Assembly (NCBI GenBank): GCA_030167865.1
Contig: JALAGF010005857.1
Span: 124,001 to 188,000 of the forward strand
DNA from: Craspedostauros australis
Taxonomy: Eukaryota
DNA: 64,000 nucleotides
Direction: 5' to 3'
The position numbers and the translations under genes are program-made. Positions within the stretch are counted from its first letter, which is position 1. Every line of letters begins with the position of its first letter. Shown piece by piece: positions 61,020 through 64,000 of the stretch. The notes under the pieces were generated by a model. The model saw only the letters and a program-made list of their open reading frames with translations, searched no databases and was not told the origin of the DNA.

Positions 61020-62290
61020 CTTTTCTGTTTGTACTGTGTATGAGCTATCTGCGCAAGTTGGTTCCGTCCGTTCGTTTTGGTTGATCGTGCGTTTCCCAGG
61101 CGAGTGTTGTCGTCAGTGGATGAACGAGTATGCGTGAAAGTGCGCATGTGAACGATGGGAATAGTCAAGGAGGCAAACAGGATCAATGATGAGTTTTTGG
61201 TTCTCGCTGGTTGTGCATCATGTTGCATCGCATTTGGAAAGGACTTTGGGCCATATCATCGCAGCGCACTTTGGAGATGGGGCGTGTGCGTTGGTCACTG
61301 GGCCGTTAACGAGTGTCACGCAGCTCTTGCTTCTTGCTTGCTTCGTTCCCATCCAGGCCGTCTTCATGAACGACGCGTCTGGCTACATCCAACACCCAAC
61401 AGCGTTGCATGATGGATTGATCCAAGCCATCTGCATCTCCGCAATCGTTGGCACCGCCATGGTCGGCGTCATCCGTCACAACACACCACGTTCGTTCCGT
61501 ACCTGCGGGGGTATTCACACAGGCAATCTGCTTTTGTCGTTGTCGGCGCCGTTGTTGGTGTTGCTCTTGTTGCGGTTGTCAACGTCGGTTGAGACCATCG
61601 CGACATTCGTCGACAAAGGAAAACAGCCAAGGCAAAACTCGAGACCGCAATCGCAAGTCTGTCCGTTCTTCCACGGCTGTCACGAAAATAGTACGAAGTG
61701 AAGTGGTAAGACTAGTCGACCGAGTCGATTCGCAATCGCCGAAAGAAGATTGTAGACTTCCGCATGTCTCTAGAGAGATGCAGAGCGAAATGTTGGCACC
61801 TCTTGTGCATACTCGTGCACATAACTATTGCATTTTACTACTACTACTATACTATTACTATTCACAAAATAAGCAATGCTGGACCATGTAGAGGACGACT
61901 ATCTCATGTATAAGACGATAGAACGTCCGTAGGGTGACAGCAGTAGTGGTACTTGGGTTCCTGGCTCCCTCTGCCTCTCTCCAGAGAAAGGAGAGAAAGC
62001 TATTCTTGTTCCTGTGATCACTGCTCTTCCGAGGAGGTCGCGTGGTCAAAGTAGCATCGATGACGAATAGAGCGCATACCTCTTCTGCAGCGAGTAGATC
62101 GTTCACTGTGGGAGTTTGCTTCTGCCCTGGGGCCATCCTCTACCACCCCAGAATGGCAAACAACATCTCCGAACAAGCAAGCATGTGTTGTATCCAAGCT
62201 ACTGTACTATGCTCTTCTCGTAGGTGATTCTAATTTATCCAACTTTTGGGTATTTGTTTGTTTGCTTGTTTCTTTACTATTTATGTTTGT

Positions 62291-63501
62291 CTAGATCATA
62301 CCAGCCTTGATGAGCTCGTCTCTTTCCTGGAGGATGGTCTTCTTGATTCCGCGTCCCTTTGGCAGTGAAACCTGTGGCTTGGTGCCGGTTCCGATAACGA
62401 AAACGTTTCCGAGACGGGTGGCGAAGGAGTTACCCTTGGAATCCTTGATGGTGACGATAGAGAAGGAACCGTCGTGCTTCTCGATGTGCATGAGGGATCC
62501 AACGCGTCCGGCGTTGTGTCCGCGGGTGATCATGACGAGGGCGCCCAATTCAAACTTGAGGATGTCAGACATCTTTCCTGTGCTGATATCGACCTTGACG
62601 GTGTCGTTGACCTTGGCATCTGGATCAGGGTATCGGAGGGAGCGTCCGTCGTGTGTGACAGCGACAGGGATCTTGTTGGCGCTGACGTAAACCTTGTTGA
62701 CGCGGCACAGCTTGTACTGGGCCTCCTCTCTCTCGATTCTGTGCAGAACGTAACGTCCCTTGGTGTCAAAGAGCAATCGGAATCGGTCGTTGGCCTTGTC
62801 CAATTCAATGACATCCATGAAACCTGCTGGGTAGTTGTGGTCGGTGCGGACCTTGCCGTCGACCTTGACGCAGCGCTCCATGCAGATCTGCATGCACTCC
62901 TTTCCTGTGAGGGCGTACTTAAGACGATCACGCAGGATGATGCTCATTGGGATGCACTCACGGAGCTTGTGTGGACCTGGGGATGGGCGTGGTGCCCAGA
63001 CACCTCCCATCTTTCCGAGGTTCCAGTGGCTTGGCGCCGAGAGGCGCTTCTGGTGCTTTCGTGGTCCGCGTGGCCTGTGTGCATCGGAACATGGTTGCAG
63101 AGCAGATGTTCAGCCAATCGATGTTGTTCATCGTGATCGTAGGTGTCGGGACGTCAACGCGATAACAAACAACAGCAACAACGGGCGTGGCGTTTGCGAG
63201 AACGGAACGGAAGAAGCGGAACAGGAAATAGCGTGAGCAAACATGGCCATGCTGGTGGAGCGTTTCGGTTGCGCACATCGAGTTGGGCAAGTTGCGCTGG
63301 CTTGACTGGTGGTCCTGCTGCTGTACGCCTCGTTGTCGACAACTTGAGGCCATCCAGCATGTTGTCTTGTTGCACTGCGCCCCCATTTGCTCCATCACAT
63401 CATCAATCCCCATCGTCATTCGAAGTCTCATTCTCATCGTCTCTTGCACGCCTGCATCCAACCGTGCATCAAGGGAGCATGATCGTTACCTCCACTCACA
63501 T
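62291..63501 (-). CDS. RPS4: 40S ribosomal protein S4 (eS4), 261 aa; coding exons 63501-63500 (AT) and 63074-62291
   Basis: [61 protein letters not shown]. The start codon is rebuilt across the intron AT|GTGAGT..ACACAG|G (63499-63075). Confidence 0.96.
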
Positions 63502-64000
63502 GGTTGATCTTGACTTCTTCCGACTGGTACGATGTGGAGTGTCCTGGTTGGGCTTTTTCTTGACGCGTTTTGGGCAACCTGACGATGGCGGTGCCTGTTG
63601 TTGCGAAGCGGTCGCAGATCCCTTCGTTGTTGTTGCTCTCTCTCACGCCTTCCACCAAAACCAACCACAACAGACGCCCCAATTGGCGAAAACAACACGC
63701 AAAATTAGGCACCGTCTGTCCGTCGACCATGTTTTAGTAGGACGGTAAAAATCCGCGCTGGTCGGCAACACGAGCAAAAAAGGGTGGACAACGACTCGTC
63801 GAAGTCCGTGTGTGTCGAGCCGTTCTGGACGCCGACATCGACATCACCAACCCCCTTTGCTTTGTTTCGTTGCGTCTGGTGTTGTTGGTTGCGCGTTGTT
63901 CTGCGGTGTTGCGGCACGACGATCCATCGCACAAAACAACAACCAAGCAACTTGCATCGTTTGCCTTGCCTTTTCCCCTCTCCCCCTCCCCCCTCTACCA

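Overview
Gene-dense eukaryotic nuclear DNA, most likely from a diatom. The evidence is an ASA-FAP bipartite plastid presequence, a RedCAP antenna gene and a QVG[LI]xCxHC repeat protein. I reconstructed 15 protein-coding genes by hand, with 15 phase-consistent GT..CAG introns of 138-661 nt. In order they are: an SLC25 mitochondrial carrier, RedCAP, a URC1/urg1-type GTP-cyclohydrolase-II-like enzyme, a CABIN1/Hir3-like protein, a hemerythrin-CHY-RING BRUTUS/HRZ-like E3 ligase, a RIX1/PELP1-like protein, PABP, RPL32, an 8-exon WD40/double-bromodomain PHIP/BRWD-like protein, a J-domain/TMEM185-like membrane protein, a disordered orphan, a triple Cys/His-repeat protein, a kinesin-light-chain-like TPR protein, RPS19 and RPS4. 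The best lead is a minimal BRUTUS-type candidate iron sensor with one hemerythrin domain, a His-rich loop and a remodelled CHY finger. Other leads are an F-box-like and a UIM-like motif inside CABIN1, the URC-type uracil catabolism enzyme, and an RPS4 start codon split by an intron. I recognised no rRNA, tRNA, CRISPR array or transposon. All family calls come from motifs recognised by eye; no database search was run.
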